Source: Octopus vulgaris
Lineage: Eukaryota
Assembly: GCA_951406725.2 (NCBI GenBank)
Contig: OX597822.1
Location: forward strand, 91,760,001-91,824,000
Direction: 5' to 3'
DNA: 64,000 nt
Below are positions 63,460 through 64,000 of this stretch, in pieces (position 1 is the stretch's first letter; each line of letters begins with the position of its first letter). Under the pieces are notes generated by a model. It ran no database searches. It saw only the letters and a list, made by a program, of their open reading frames with translations, and was not told the origin of the DNA. The translations under genes were made by a program, and so were the position numbers.

Positions 63460-63718
63460 ATTAAAGTGAAAGCATCTGACATTACAACTGAGAAATGTTA
63501 TTGTTTCACTTTTGACAGGTAATACTGAAATAGTGGAGAAGATATGATATTTCTGTGGGCTCGCACTAGGCAAAAAGTTAAAATTTTTTTGCCCATGACA
63601 CTATATGGACCCTAAGTAAGGCATGTGTAAAATTTGAATGAAATTGGTTGTGTAATTCTCAAGTTTTAGGGATTGACACAGACATACAGACACACATTCT
63701 CATCTTTATATATATAGA
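63460..63718 (-). mobile_element. Probable non-autonomous Helitron 5' end
   Basis: Minus strand TCTATATATATAAAGATGAGAATGTGTGTCTGTATGTCTG..AACCAATTTCATTCAAATTT. Confidence 0.55.
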
Positions 63719-63843
63719 TATACTACATTTATATATTATCTTTAATAAATTATTTTTCAGAAATATATAACCTTATATATATTATATATATATATTATAT
63801 AGATATGTATGTGTGTATATATATATATATATATATTATTCAT

Positions 63844-63900
<57 letters not shown>

Positions 63901-63918
63901 TATATTATGCATACATAC

Positions 63919-63994
<76 letters not shown>

Positions 63995-64000
63995 GTATGT

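Overview
AT-rich eukaryotic (animal) genomic DNA made up mostly of decayed transposable elements and (TA)n/(CA)n/(AAT)n microsatellites. The tRNA-derived SINE families resemble those I recall from octopus genomes; that species call is inference. Elements present include at least four SINE families, RTE, R4/Dong, HERO and Tx1/L1-like LINE remnants, a full-length TA-flanked Tigger/pogo element, mariner derivatives, two Ty3/gypsy LTR elements (one with both LTRs, PPT and a 5-bp TSD), Helitron-like ends, and a MITE-like element carrying (TTAGGG)n. There is also a dense cluster of Penelope-like elements (Neptune- and Naiad-type) at about 45-62 kb. No intact TE ORF is present. Two signals are largely missed by the ORF track. 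(1) About eleven type I hammerhead-ribozyme motifs lie in Penelope pseudo-LTRs and in short solo elements, including a ~316-bp hammerhead-bearing insertion flanked by a 33-bp direct duplication inside the Tigger. (2) Several short minus-strand candidate exons with canonical splice sites and compatible phases suggest the window is largely intronic sequence of an unidentified host gene. Most listed ORFs are microsatellite or antisense artefacts. Repeat boundaries are approximate unless a TSD or TIR is stated.
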